Shown: positions 8,943-17,185, counted from the first letter of the stretch. The stretch: 64,000 bases of DNA from Pseudomonadota bacterium (GCA_039180285.1 JBCDDN010000001.1:19922-83921); one strand, 5' to 3'. A program made the numbers and translations. Notes: generated from the letters alone by a model not told the origin.

Positions 8943-11900
8943 ATGGCCGCCGGACGTTCGACCGGCGGCCCGCAGCTCAAAACCATGCTTCGCTCGCTCC
9001 TCTCGGTATGTGCAATGTTTTTTGCACTATTCGCTGCGCTATTGTCGCCGGTGAGTATGGCTGCGCACGCGCAGACGATATCGAACATCGCCTATGTTGA
9101 GTGGGACGCAGGCGGCGAGCGGCGGCGCGAGCCGTCCAACCAACTTGATATCGACGTCGAACTCGTCGCCGGGACACCCCCGGAAATTGGCCTGTTCCAA
9201 TTCAGTCCCGGTGATGGCGGCGGCGCGACCGATATCATGCTTGCGGACGCAGCGAGTTGTGTCGCTATTCCACCCCATACATCGCCCGCTCTCGGCGGCA
9301 CCTATGCCGGCGTTCCGATCCAACCGGCGTCCGTGACCGGCGCGTCGGCTGTCCGTCCCGGCGAACCGTTGATCTTCGTCGTCGAGCATGGGGCCTCGAA
9401 TGCCGATCAAACCGCAATCGAAACCTATGAAATCGTTATAGAAACAGCAGAAGGCGATCGGGAGCGCCTGATCCTGACAGAGACGGAAGCAGATAGCGGC
9501 GTCTTTGCCGGCTTCATATTCACGACCGCCGTACCGCCAACGCCCACGCCGGAAGATTGCGAACTATCGGTCGTGCCCGGTTCGGAACTCCGGATCGCGC
9601 CAACCGGTGAGAACGGCCTGCGGGAGTTTACCGAACTTGCGGTCGAAGTTCTCGAAAGCTTTGGCTCCACGGTATTCGACAGCGAAACCGGCGACCCTGT
9701 AAACGGTGCCCGCGTAACGCTCGTCGACGCCGAAAGCGGGCAGCCGGCGCAGGTTTTCGGAAATGACGGCGTTTCGACATTTCCGGCAACGGTCGTAACC
9801 GGCGAACGAACGACGGACAGCCGAGGCTTTGCCTATGTGCCGGGGCCGGGCGATTTCTTCTTTCCCGTCGTACCGCCGGGCCGATACCGGCTGATCATCG
9901 AGCCGCCCGAACCCTATACGGAGATATCGCAGGCAACGCCCCAGGAATTGGCGGCTTTTGTCGATTCTCGGGGTAACCCGTACGACATCGTGACCGGTTC
10001 CTATGGCGACGCCTTCACGCTGGGCGGGATTTCGCCGATCGAGATCGACATACCGCTCGACCAGCCATCCGCACCGTTGCTGATCGAGAAAGCGGCCTCG
10101 CGCCAGCTCGCCGTGCCGGGCGACCCAATCCTGTTCAGCATTCGCGTGAGCAGCTCAGATCCGAGCCGGCCGACCCGGCCGCTGGTGATCAGCGACGAGC
10201 TTCCCTCGCAACTGCGCCTTCGCCCGGATTCACTACGGCTGGATGGAGAGCGGATTGCCGACGGAGTAGATATCGCACCCGATGGACGTAGATTTACCGT
10301 TGAAATACCGCGACTTGCGTCCGGGGCATCGGGCGTGCTGACCTATGTCACGGAAGTGCTTCCCCAGGCCCGTGCGGGCGATGCGACCAACAGCGCCCAG
10401 GCCCGCGACGACCGGGGTCAGGTCAGCAATATCGCCGACGCCACCATACGGGTCACGCGGGAGACTCTGGCGAGCCGGATGACGATCATCGGACGGATTA
10501 CCGACGGCGGATGCGGTGTCGATCCCCGTACCGCGCGCGGTGTGCCGGGTGTCCGCGTAATGATGGAAGACGGCAGTTATTCGGTCACCGACGAAGACGG
10601 CCGCTATCATTTCGAAGCCGTGATGCCCGGTTTGCACGTTGTCCAGATGGACGAATCCTCCCTTCCGCTGGACCGTGCGGCGGTCGACTGCGCGCGCAAT
10701 ACGCGATCCGCCGGACGCGCTTTCTCGCGCTTCGTCGAAGGCCAGGGCGGCGGCCTCTACCGTGTCGATTTCCGCGTCCGAGCTGTCGAGCCGCGCGAGG
10801 CCCCGGCCAATTCCGTACCCGCCATTGAGCGCCCGGAGCCGGTATCCGACGCCGAGGCGGCAGGCGCCGACCGCGATTGGCTGATCGGACAGGAACCGGG
10901 CATCGACTGGATATTCCCGGCAACCGATTACAATCCGCGCACCCGCGTTATACGGGCCGCGATCAAGCACCTTCCCGGCCAGACCGTGCAGCTGTCGCTC
11001 AACGGCAGCCCGGTTGCACCGGTCGCCTTCGAAGGTGTGCGCACCAACCCGGCCAACACGGTTTCGGTCAGCCATTGGCGGGGCATCGGAATCGAACCCC
11101 GCGAAAACCGATTGGTCGCGGAGATCCTGGATGCCGATGGCGCGGTGGTGGAAACGCTCAGCCGTACCGTACATTTCGGCAACGCGCCGATCCGGGCGGA
11201 GCTGATCCCGGAACGCTCGCGCCTGATAGCCGACGGCGTCTCGCGTCCCCTGATCGCAGTGCGGCTTACCGATCGCGACGGACAGCCCGTGCATCATGGC
11301 CTGACCGGCGACTTTGCTGTCCCCTCGCCCTACTTCCCGGCAGTCGAGGCGGACGCGCAACAGGCGCGTCAACTGGCAGGCCTCGAGCGCGCAGCGCCGG
11401 TTTGGCGTGTCGAAGGCGATGAAGGCATCGCCTATATCGAACTCGAACCGACGACGGTCAGCGGCACATTGGCCGTCACCTTCCCGTTCCGCGACGGCGA
11501 GGTCGCGCGTGAGCAGAGCATCGAAACCTGGCTTGAGCCGGGTGATCGGCCCTGGACGATAGTCGGCTTTGCAGCCGGTACGGTCGGATTCAACCATCTC
11601 GACCGCAATCTCGAAGAGATCGGCGCCGATGAGGAGACCTGGTACACGGACGCCCGGGTCGCGCTCTATGCGCGCGGACGCGTCACCGGCCAATGGCTGA
11701 TGACGATGGCCTATGACAGCGATGCCGAGCGCGACGATACGCGCTTCCAGGGCGTTATCGATCCGAACCAATATTACACCATCTACGCCGACCGCTCGGA
11801 GCGCCGGTTCGACGCCGCCAGCGTCCGCCGCCTCTATCTGCGGCTCGAGCGCCCACAATTCTATGCGATGTTCGGTGACTATGAGACCAATTTCAACGAG

Positions 11901-14108
11901 ACCCAGCTCACGCGCTACAATCGGAGCTTCAACGGCGTGCGCGCCGAATTCCGCAACGAGCGCGTTTCGGCAACCGCTTTCGCCGCGGACACGCCTTATC
12001 GATTCCGTCGCGTCGAGATCCAGGGTAACGGCCTGACCGGCCCTTATGCGATCGGCAGCACACAGCTGCTGGCGAACAGCGAACGGATCACGATCGAGGT
12101 GCGGGATCGGCTGCGGTCGAATATCGTGCTGTCGAGCCAGCAGTTGGTCCGTCACATCGACTACGACATCGACTATTTCAACGGAACGCTCCGGTTCCGC
12201 GAACCGATCCTCAGCCGCGACTCCGCGCTCAACCCGCAATTCGTCGTCGTCGAATATGAGGTCGACGGTGTGGCCGCGCGCCGAATCAACGCTGGCGGTC
12301 GTTTCACCTGGACCACATCCGACCAGCGCCTGCGGATCGGCGTCACCGCCATTCGCGACGATGATAATGTCCGCGAGACCAATATGGGCGGAATAGACAT
12401 CCGGTGGCGGCCCAACGACACGACCGAAATCCGGGCCGAGTTCGCGGCCAGCGATACCGATCCGGGGGCGAGTGCCGCGCCGACCGAAGACAATCCGGGC
12501 ACGGCCACTGCCTGGCTGGTCGAGGCCGAGCATCACAGTTCGGATTTCGACATTCTCGCCTATGCCCGCGAACAGGATGCAGACTACGGCGTCGGTCAGC
12601 TGAGCGGCGCAGAAAGCGGCACGCGCAAGTTCGGTTTCGACGGCCGGGTACGGATCGACGAACGCCTTTCGCTCGCGGCGAGCGGCTGGCACGAGAATTT
12701 CCTGACCAGCGGTGCCCGGCGTATCGCCGGCCAGGCCATGCTCGAATATCGCGGCGATACGACAGACGGTCGGGTCGGCATCATCTACAGCAATGACGAG
12801 CTGAGCGACGGCACGACGCTCGAATCGACTCTGCTCCAACTGGGTGCGACGCAGCGGCTGTTCGGCAATCGCCTGACGCTCGATGCACAGACCGAGTTTG
12901 CGCTGGACGAAGCGGAAAGCGTCGACTTCCCGGCGCGCCATCAGTTCACGGCCCGCTTCGCGGCGACCGAGTGGATTACGCTGGTCGGCGGCTACGAAAT
13001 CGCCGAGGGCGACACGATCGATGCGCGCACGGCACGCGTCGGCTTCGATCTCCAGCCCTGGTCGGGTGCGCGCATATCGCTGGCCGGCAATCAGCAGGAC
13101 ATCGCCGAATATGGTCCGCGTACTTTTGCCGCCTATGGTTTCGCGCAGTCGGTAGTGATCGACGAAAACTGGTCGATCGATTTCTCGCTCGATGGCAATA
13201 AGACGCTGAACGGCGGCATCGATCCCGATACGGTGCTCAATCCGGCCCAACCCGTCGCCAGTGGCGGCTTTGTCGGCAACGGCACCAATCCGACGCTGAC
13301 CGAGGACTTCACGGCCGTGACCGCGGGCGCGACCTACCGCGGTGATCGCTGGAGCTGGGCGGGCCGCGCAGAATATCGCGATGGCGATCGCGAGAACCGC
13401 TATGGCCTGACCACGTCGCTGCTGCGCCAGATCGGCGAGGGCAGCGCGGTCGGCGGCGCCTTCTCCTGGCTGCGCGCCGAACAGGATGGCGGCGCGACGA
13501 GCGAGATCACCTCGCTCGAAATTTCGATCGCCCACCGTCCGATGGACAGCGATTGGTCGTTCCTCAACAAGCTCGAGCTGCGCAGCGACGAGATCACCAA
13601 TGCGGTGGCCGGCCAGCCTGGCCCGGTCGGCAGCGCCCCGCTGCTCGTTTCGGGCGACCAGCGCTCGCGCCGCATCGTCAACAGCTTCTCCCTCAACTAT
13701 TCGCCGACGAGCACCGGCCTCAGCATGTTCGGCGGCGAAGACTGGCTCGACCGCAGCGAATTCACCTTCTTCTGGGGCACGCGCTATGTTTCCGACCGGT
13801 TCGGGACGGCGGATGTCGAAGGCTGGAGCAACCTCTTCGGCGCCGATGCGCGTTTCGATCTGTCCGAAACCATCGATATCGGAGCATCGGCCAGCATCCG
13901 CGAAGGCAATGGCGGGCGCGCCTGGACCTGGTCCATAGGCCCGAATATCGGCATCAGCCCCATCGAAAACACTTGGATTTCAATCGGTTACAACATTGCC
14001 GGTTTCGAAGATCGCGACTTCGAAGCGGCCCGCTACACGCGCGACGGACCCTATGTCACCTTCCGCCTGCGCTTCGATCAACAGACCTTCCGGGACCTCG
14101 GTTTCTAG
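8943..14108 (+). CDS. giant secreted protein: N-terminal strand motif, carboxypeptidase-regulatory-like domains, DUF11 domain, and a large C-terminal outer-membrane beta-barrel
   Basis: 1723-aa track ORF (TTG 8937). ATG 8943 or ATG 8985 (MLRSLLSVCAMFFALFAALLSPVSMAAHA|QT) are the likelier starts. Complete DUF11 module at about nt 10077-10454. CarboxypepD_reg-like segments at about 9663-9911 and 10479-10652. The last ~700 aa show alternating-hydrophobic strands and end ...YVTFRLRFDQQTFRDLGF. Confidence 0.8.
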   Translation: MAAGRSTGGPQLKTMLRSLLSVCAMFFALFAALLSPVSMAAHAQTISNIAYVEWDAGGERRREPSNQLDIDVELVAGTPPEIGLFQFSPGDGGGATDIMLADAASCVAIPPHTSPALGGTYAGVPIQPASVTGASAVRPGEPLIFVVEHGASNADQTAIETYEIVIETAEGDRERLILTETEADSGVFAGFIFTTAVPPTPTPEDCELSVVPGSELRIAPTGENGLREFTELAVEVLESFGSTVFDSETGDPVNGARVTLVDAESGQPAQVFGNDGVSTFPATVVTGERTTDSRGFAYVPGPGDFFFPVVPPGRYRLIIEPPEPYTEISQATPQELAAFVDSRGNPYDIVTGSYGDAFTLGGISPIEIDIPLDQPSAPLLIEKAASRQLAVPGDPILFSIRVSSSDPSRPTRPLVISDELPSQLRLRPDSLRLDGERIADGVDIAPDGRRFTVEIPRLASGASGVLTYVTEVLPQARAGDATNSAQARDDRGQVSNIADATIRVTRETLASRMTIIGRITDGGCGVDPRTARGVPGVRVMMEDGSYSVTDEDGRYHFEAVMPGLHVVQMDESSLPLDRAAVDCARNTRSAGRAFSRFVEGQGGGLYRVDFRVRAVEPREAPANSVPAIERPEPVSDAEAAGADRDWLIGQEPGIDWIFPATDYNPRTRVIRAAIKHLPGQTVQLSLNGSPVAPVAFEGVRTNPANTVSVSHWRGIGIEPRENRLVAEILDADGAVVETLSRTVHFGNAPIRAELIPERSRLIADGVSRPLIAVRLTDRDGQPVHHGLTGDFAVPSPYFPAVEADAQQARQLAGLERAAPVWRVEGDEGIAYIELEPTTVSGTLAVTFPFRDGEVAREQSIETWLEPGDRPWTIVGFAAGTVGFNHLDRNLEEIGADEETWYTDARVALYARGRVTGQWLMTMAYDSDAERDDTRFQGVIDPNQYYTIYADRSERRFDAASVRRLYLRLERPQFYAMFGDYETNFNETQLTRYNRSFNGVRAEFRNERVSATAFAADTPYRFRRVEIQGNGLTGPYAIGSTQLLANSERITIEVRDRLRSNIVLSSQQLVRHIDYDIDYFNGTLRFREPILSRDSALNPQFVVVEYEVDGVAARRINAGGRFTWTTSDQRLRIGVTAIRDDDNVRETNMGGIDIRWRPNDTTEIRAEFAASDTDPGASAAPTEDNPGTATAWLVEAEHHSSDFDILAYAREQDADYGVGQLSGAESGTRKFGFDGRVRIDERLSLAASGWHENFLTSGARRIAGQAMLEYRGDTTDGRVGIIYSNDELSDGTTLESTLLQLGATQRLFGNRLTLDAQTEFALDEAESVDFPARHQFTARFAATEWITLVGGYEIAEGDTIDARTARVGFDLQPWSGARISLAGNQQDIAEYGPRTFAAYGFAQSVVIDENWSIDFSLDGNKTLNGGIDPDTVLNPAQPVASGGFVGNGTNPTLTEDFTAVTAGATYRGDRWSWAGRAEYRDGDRENRYGLTTSLLRQIGEGSAVGGAFSWLRAEQDGGATSEITSLEISIAHRPMDSDWSFLNKLELRSDEITNAVAGQPGPVGSAPLLVSGDQRSRRIVNSFSLNYSPTSTGLSMFGGEDWLDRSEFTFFWGTRYVSDRFGTADVEGWSNLFGADARFDLSETIDIGASASIREGNGGRAWTWSIGPNIGISPIENTWISIGYNIAGFEDRDFEAARYTRDGPYVTFRLRFDQQTFRDLGF

Positions 14109-14308
14109 AGGTCCGCGCAACCCGAAACCGCGCTAAGTTCCCAAACGGTTGACACTGGTTGACACGCTCCGGGGGTACGCCCCTGGACTTTCCCCTGTTG
14201 GGGATGGCACGCCTTTCGCGATTCACTTTTCTCCTTTCCATGACGGCAGCGTCAGTGCGGAGTCTATCATGCGCGCCCAGCTGTAGGACAGGAAAAGCGG
14301 GGCCAGTT

Positions 14309-14394
14309 TTTGTCAGACTCGACCTGACCAGCCGAGCGCCGCATCGGGATTTTGTTTGTCAGACCTTCAGCTTCGCCTCACGGCGCCGCATCGG
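14309..14394. repeat. imperfect tandem direct repeat, period ~46 nt
   Basis: TTTGTCAGAC at 14309 and 14355. GCGCCGCATCGG at 14336 and 14383. Two units with conserved ends and divergent centres. Confidence 0.7.
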
Positions 14395-14398
14395 CACG

Positions 14399-14453
14399 CT
14401 CCCCCTCCTGGCCTTCCACAAGTGTACCCTGATTGGGAGGCCGGGAGGGAGAG
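14399..14453. other. long imperfect hairpin (15-19 bp stem)
   Basis: CCCTCCTGGCCTTCC (14403-14417) pairs with GGGAGGCCGGGAGGG (14435-14449) using two G-U pairs. The stem can be extended by 4 bp with one mismatch. Confidence 0.7.
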
Positions 14454-14505
14454 TGGGCTTGTGCGGAGATTTCCCGTTTGGGAAATTCCGACGAACAAAA
14501 ACCGG

Positions 14506-14590
14506 TGGTACCTCTGGCCGGAGTCGAACCGGCACTCCCGAAGGAACTCGATTTTGAGTCGAGCGCGTCTACCAATTCCGCCACAGAGGC
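14506..14590 (-). tRNA. tRNA-Leu (CAA)
   Basis: The reverse complement reads GCCTCTGTGGCGGAATTGGTAGACGCGCTCGACTCAAAATCGAGTTCCTTCGGGAGTGCCGGTTCGACTCCGGCCAGAGGTACCA. It has a long variable arm, a CAA anticodon and an encoded CCA. Confidence 0.9.
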
Positions 14591-14599
14591 CCGTAGTAG

Positions 14600-14614
14600 G
14601 GGGAGCCGCTTAGC
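14600..14614. repeat. 15-nt direct repeat GGGGAGCCGCTTAGC, copy 2
   Basis: Identical to 6029-6043. Here it forms the left arm of the 14604-14641 hairpin. Confidence 0.8.
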
Positions 14615-14641
14615 GAAGCGCCGCGCGCTTCGCAAGCGGCT
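14604..14641 (-). terminator. strong GC hairpin 10 nt downstream of the DUF805 gene stop (no U-tract)
   Basis: AGCCGCTT-A-GCGAAGCGC, loop CGC, then GCGCTTCGC-AAGCGGCT: 17 bp with one bulge. On the minus strand it is followed by CCCCCTACTACGG rather than Us, so a terminator function is uncertain. Confidence 0.35.
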
Positions 14642-14650
14642 CTCCATCGC

Positions 14651-15061
14651 CTAGGCGAATGTATCGGCCGTTCCCCGGCCCTTCGGGTCTTCGCCGAAGC
14701 GGTTGGGCCCCGGCGTTCCATCCAGGCACATGAACACCAACACGATCAAACCGCCGACATAGGGAATAAGGCCGAGCAGGATGAACCAGCCGGATTTATC
14801 CTGATCGTGGAACCGCCGCACCTGCACCGCCAATGACGGGATAATCAGTGCAAGCCCGGCAATACTGATCAAGCCCAGGGTGAACATTCCTATGGGCGAG
14901 TCCGGCCCGCTGGTTCCCAACACCGTGTCGAATATGGCGCCAACGATACCCAGGCCGATGAACAGCAAGATGTAAAAAAGTACGAACATCCAATATTCGG
15001 TGCGTCGCGAACGGCCGGAAAAATCGGCATAGCGCCGCAACGGCATAAGCATATATTCCAT
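14651..15061 (-). CDS. DUF805 family inner-membrane protein
   Basis: Trimmed to ATG 15061 (MEYMLMPLRRYADFSGRSRRTEYWMF...), which follows GGGAGGAAAG. Has the RRFHD motif and is flanked by TM helices. Confidence 0.8.
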   Translation of the reverse strand: MEYMLMPLRRYADFSGRSRRTEYWMFVLFYILLFIGLGIVGAIFDTVLGTSGPDSPIGMFTLGLISIAGLALIIPSLAVQVRRFHDQDKSGWFILLGLIPYVGGLIVLVFMCLDGTPGPNRFGEDPKGRGTADTFA

Positions 15062-15154
15062 GAAGCTTTCCTCCCTCAAAGATCATGCGCCCCTCCCGGA
15101 CTGTCGCCGAGCGCGGGAGAGATCAACCAAAAAACAGAAACAAGCAAGGACGAT

Positions 15155-16663
15155 CTAACTACGCGGCGGCTGGCGGCGATAGCTGAGCGCCTCCGCGATA
15201 TGGACGCGGCCGACCGTCTCGGCGCCCGACAGGTCCGCGATCGTCCGAGCGACGCGCAACACCCGGGAGTATCCGCGCGCCGTAAGCCGCATCGCCTCGG
15301 CCGCCTGGGCGAGCAAATTTCGCCCGGCTTCGTCCGGCACGGCGACTGCATCGAGCAATTCGCCATCCGCCTCGCAATTGGTGCGCACCGCCTCGTTCGC
15401 ATAACGGGCGGTTTGGATATCGCGTGCCGCGGCAACCCGTTCGGCCACCTCGTCCGAGCCTTCGGCGGGCCGCGGAAGGGTGAGATCGGCGGCGGATACG
15501 GCTTGCACATCGACATGAAGATCGATCCGGTCGAGCAGCGGACCGGAAATCTTTGCCTGATAATCGGCCGCGCATTTGGGCGCACGCGAACAGGCCAGCG
15601 CCGCATCGCCGAGATGACCGCACCGGCACGGATTCATCGCGGCGATCAGCTGCACCCGCGCGGGGAAGCTGACATGTGCATTGGCGCGAGCAATCGAAAC
15701 AGTGCCGGTTTCGAGCGGCTGACGAAGAGAATCGAGCACCGGGCGCTGGAATTCGGGAAGCTCGTCCAGAAACAATACCCCCAGATGCGCGAGGCTCACT
15801 TCGCCCGGCCGGACCTTCAACCCACCGCCGACCAACGCCGCCATCGAAGCCGAATGATGGGGCGCGCGAAACGGCCGGTTGCGGGCCAATCTACCTTCTT
15901 CCAACGTGCCGGCAACGCTCGCCACCATCGATACTTCGAGCGCTTCCGGCGCCGTCAGGTCGGGCAAAATTCCCGGCAGGCAGGCCGCCATCAGCGATTT
16001 TCCGGATCCCGGCGGCCCCGACATCAGCAGGTTGTGTCCGCCCGCCGCCGCGATCTCGAGCGCGCGTTTTGCCGTCTCCTGCCCTTTGACCTGTTTGAGA
16101 TCGGGACCGGCGACCGGTTCCTCGACCTCCCCAGGGGTCGGCGCGGGGAGCTGGCTCGTGCCTTTGAAATGGTTGAGCAGGGAAAGGAGATCGGGTGCGC
16201 CGATCACTTCGACATCGCCGGCCCAGGCCGCTTCCGGACCTTGCGCCGCCGGACAGACCAGACCGAGATCGCGAGACGAGGCGTTGAGCGCGGCCAGCAG
16301 GACACCCGGCGAAGGCGCGACCCGGCCATCCAGCCCGAGTTCACCGACCACCACATAGCCCGCCAAAGTCTCGGCATCGATCACGCCCATCGCACCCAAC
16401 AGCCCGAGCGCGATCGGCAAGTCGTAATGCGAGCCTTCCTTGGGCAGGTCGGCGGGCGACAGATTGATCGTTATCCGCTTGGGCGGAAGCGCCAGGCCGA
16501 TCGCCGAAATCGCGGCGCGCACCCGTTCGCGGCTCTCGGCGACCGCCTTGTCCGGAAGCCCGACCAGATTGAAGGCGGGTACGCCGGGTGCGATCTGCAC
16601 CTGCGCTTCGACGGCACGCGCTTCGAGCCCCAGATACGCCGTCGTCGCGACATGAGCGACCAT
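15155..16663 (-). CDS. comM: YifB/ComM family Mg-chelatase-like AAA+ ATPase
   Basis: 502 aa. Lon-protease-like N-terminus, Walker A GPPGSGKS and an arginine-finger region. Confidence 0.9.
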   Translation of the reverse strand: MVAHVATTAYLGLEARAVEAQVQIAPGVPAFNLVGLPDKAVAESRERVRAAISAIGLALPPKRITINLSPADLPKEGSHYDLPIALGLLGAMGVIDAETLAGYVVVGELGLDGRVAPSPGVLLAALNASSRDLGLVCPAAQGPEAAWAGDVEVIGAPDLLSLLNHFKGTSQLPAPTPGEVEEPVAGPDLKQVKGQETAKRALEIAAAGGHNLLMSGPPGSGKSLMAACLPGILPDLTAPEALEVSMVASVAGTLEEGRLARNRPFRAPHHSASMAALVGGGLKVRPGEVSLAHLGVLFLDELPEFQRPVLDSLRQPLETGTVSIARANAHVSFPARVQLIAAMNPCRCGHLGDAALACSRAPKCAADYQAKISGPLLDRIDLHVDVQAVSAADLTLPRPAEGSDEVAERVAAARDIQTARYANEAVRTNCEADGELLDAVAVPDEAGRNLLAQAAEAMRLTARGYSRVLRVARTIADLSGAETVGRVHIAEALSYRRQPPRS

Positions 16664-16787
16664 CGCCGAACACCCCCATTTTCACTGTTTGTTCTCTTTC
16701 TTGCACGGCCCATCGCAAGAGTCGAGGGAACATACTGATTTTGTAATACATCTTGTCCAGAAGGATGGGCGTCGCCAGATTTGCAGA

Positions 16788-17093
16788 GTGAAAGTGCCGA
16801 AAATCGCCCATCAACCCAACAAGCGCGCCGGAATCCGTTTCGTTCTCACGGTGTTGGGCGGCCTGATGGTCGTCGCGGCGCCGATCGTCGGCCTGCTTCC
16901 GGGACCGGGCGGCATATTCTTTTTCGCGATCGGTTTTGCATTGATGCTGAAGAATTCGGCCATCGTCCGACGCTTCTATGCACGGCTGAAAGCAAAGCAC
17001 CCGCAAAAGGGCGAGTGGGTCGATTGGGCGATGCGCCGGAAAAGCGCGCTCAGGCGCATCCGTCGCAAGCGGGAAAGCCAAGCGGCTGATTGA
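16788..17093 (+). CDS. PGPGW-motif small membrane protein
   Basis: Contains VGLLPGPGGIFFFAIGFALMLKNS. The track start (16689) looks too long, and an in-frame GTG at 16788 or 16794 is the likely start. The start remains uncertain. Confidence 0.5.
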   Translation: MKVPKIAHQPNKRAGIRFVLTVLGGLMVVAAPIVGLLPGPGGIFFFAIGFALMLKNSAIVRRFYARLKAKHPQKGEWVDWAMRRKSALRRIRRKRESQAAD

Positions 17094-17133
17094 CTTCGGC
17101 CGGGGTTTCGACTAGCTAGCCCAGCATATTGGA

Positions 17134-17162
17134 GGCCGCCCGAAAGGCGCGGCCCTTTTTGT
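17134..17162 (+). terminator. rho-independent terminator candidate
   Basis: GGCCGCCCGAAAGGCGCGGCC hairpin followed by CTTTTTGTT. It lies between the PGPGW gene and rpmH. Confidence 0.5.
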
Positions 17163-17185
17163 TCCAGTTTTTGAGGAAATGAGCG

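Noticed and set aside
10233-13535. 1100-aa ORF on the minus strand inside the giant OMP gene
   Set aside because: It is antisense to a plus-strand ORF with clear domain content. The translation is Arg/Ala/Gly-rich low-complexity sequence with no motifs, the typical stop-free shadow frame of GC-rich DNA.
14159-14557. 132-aa plus-strand ORF in the structured intergenic region
   Set aside because: It runs through hairpins and repeats and into the tRNA-Leu gene. It has no Shine-Dalgarno sequence and no recognisable family.
6004-14590. Classical integrase-mediated genomic island at a tRNA
   Set aside because: There is no integrase, excisionase, transposase or phage gene. The 15-nt repeat is not a duplication of a tRNA 3' end, and the locus composition looks native by eye. 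It is retained only as a hypothesis under the direct-repeat finding.
15200-16738. 512-aa plus-strand ORF opposite comM. Similar long shadows lie at 32480-33850 (opposite dnaA), 37148-38452, 42646-43761 and 58548-59849.
   Set aside because: Each is antisense to a confidently identified conserved gene and has shadow-frame composition. None has a signal peptide, TM pattern or motif.
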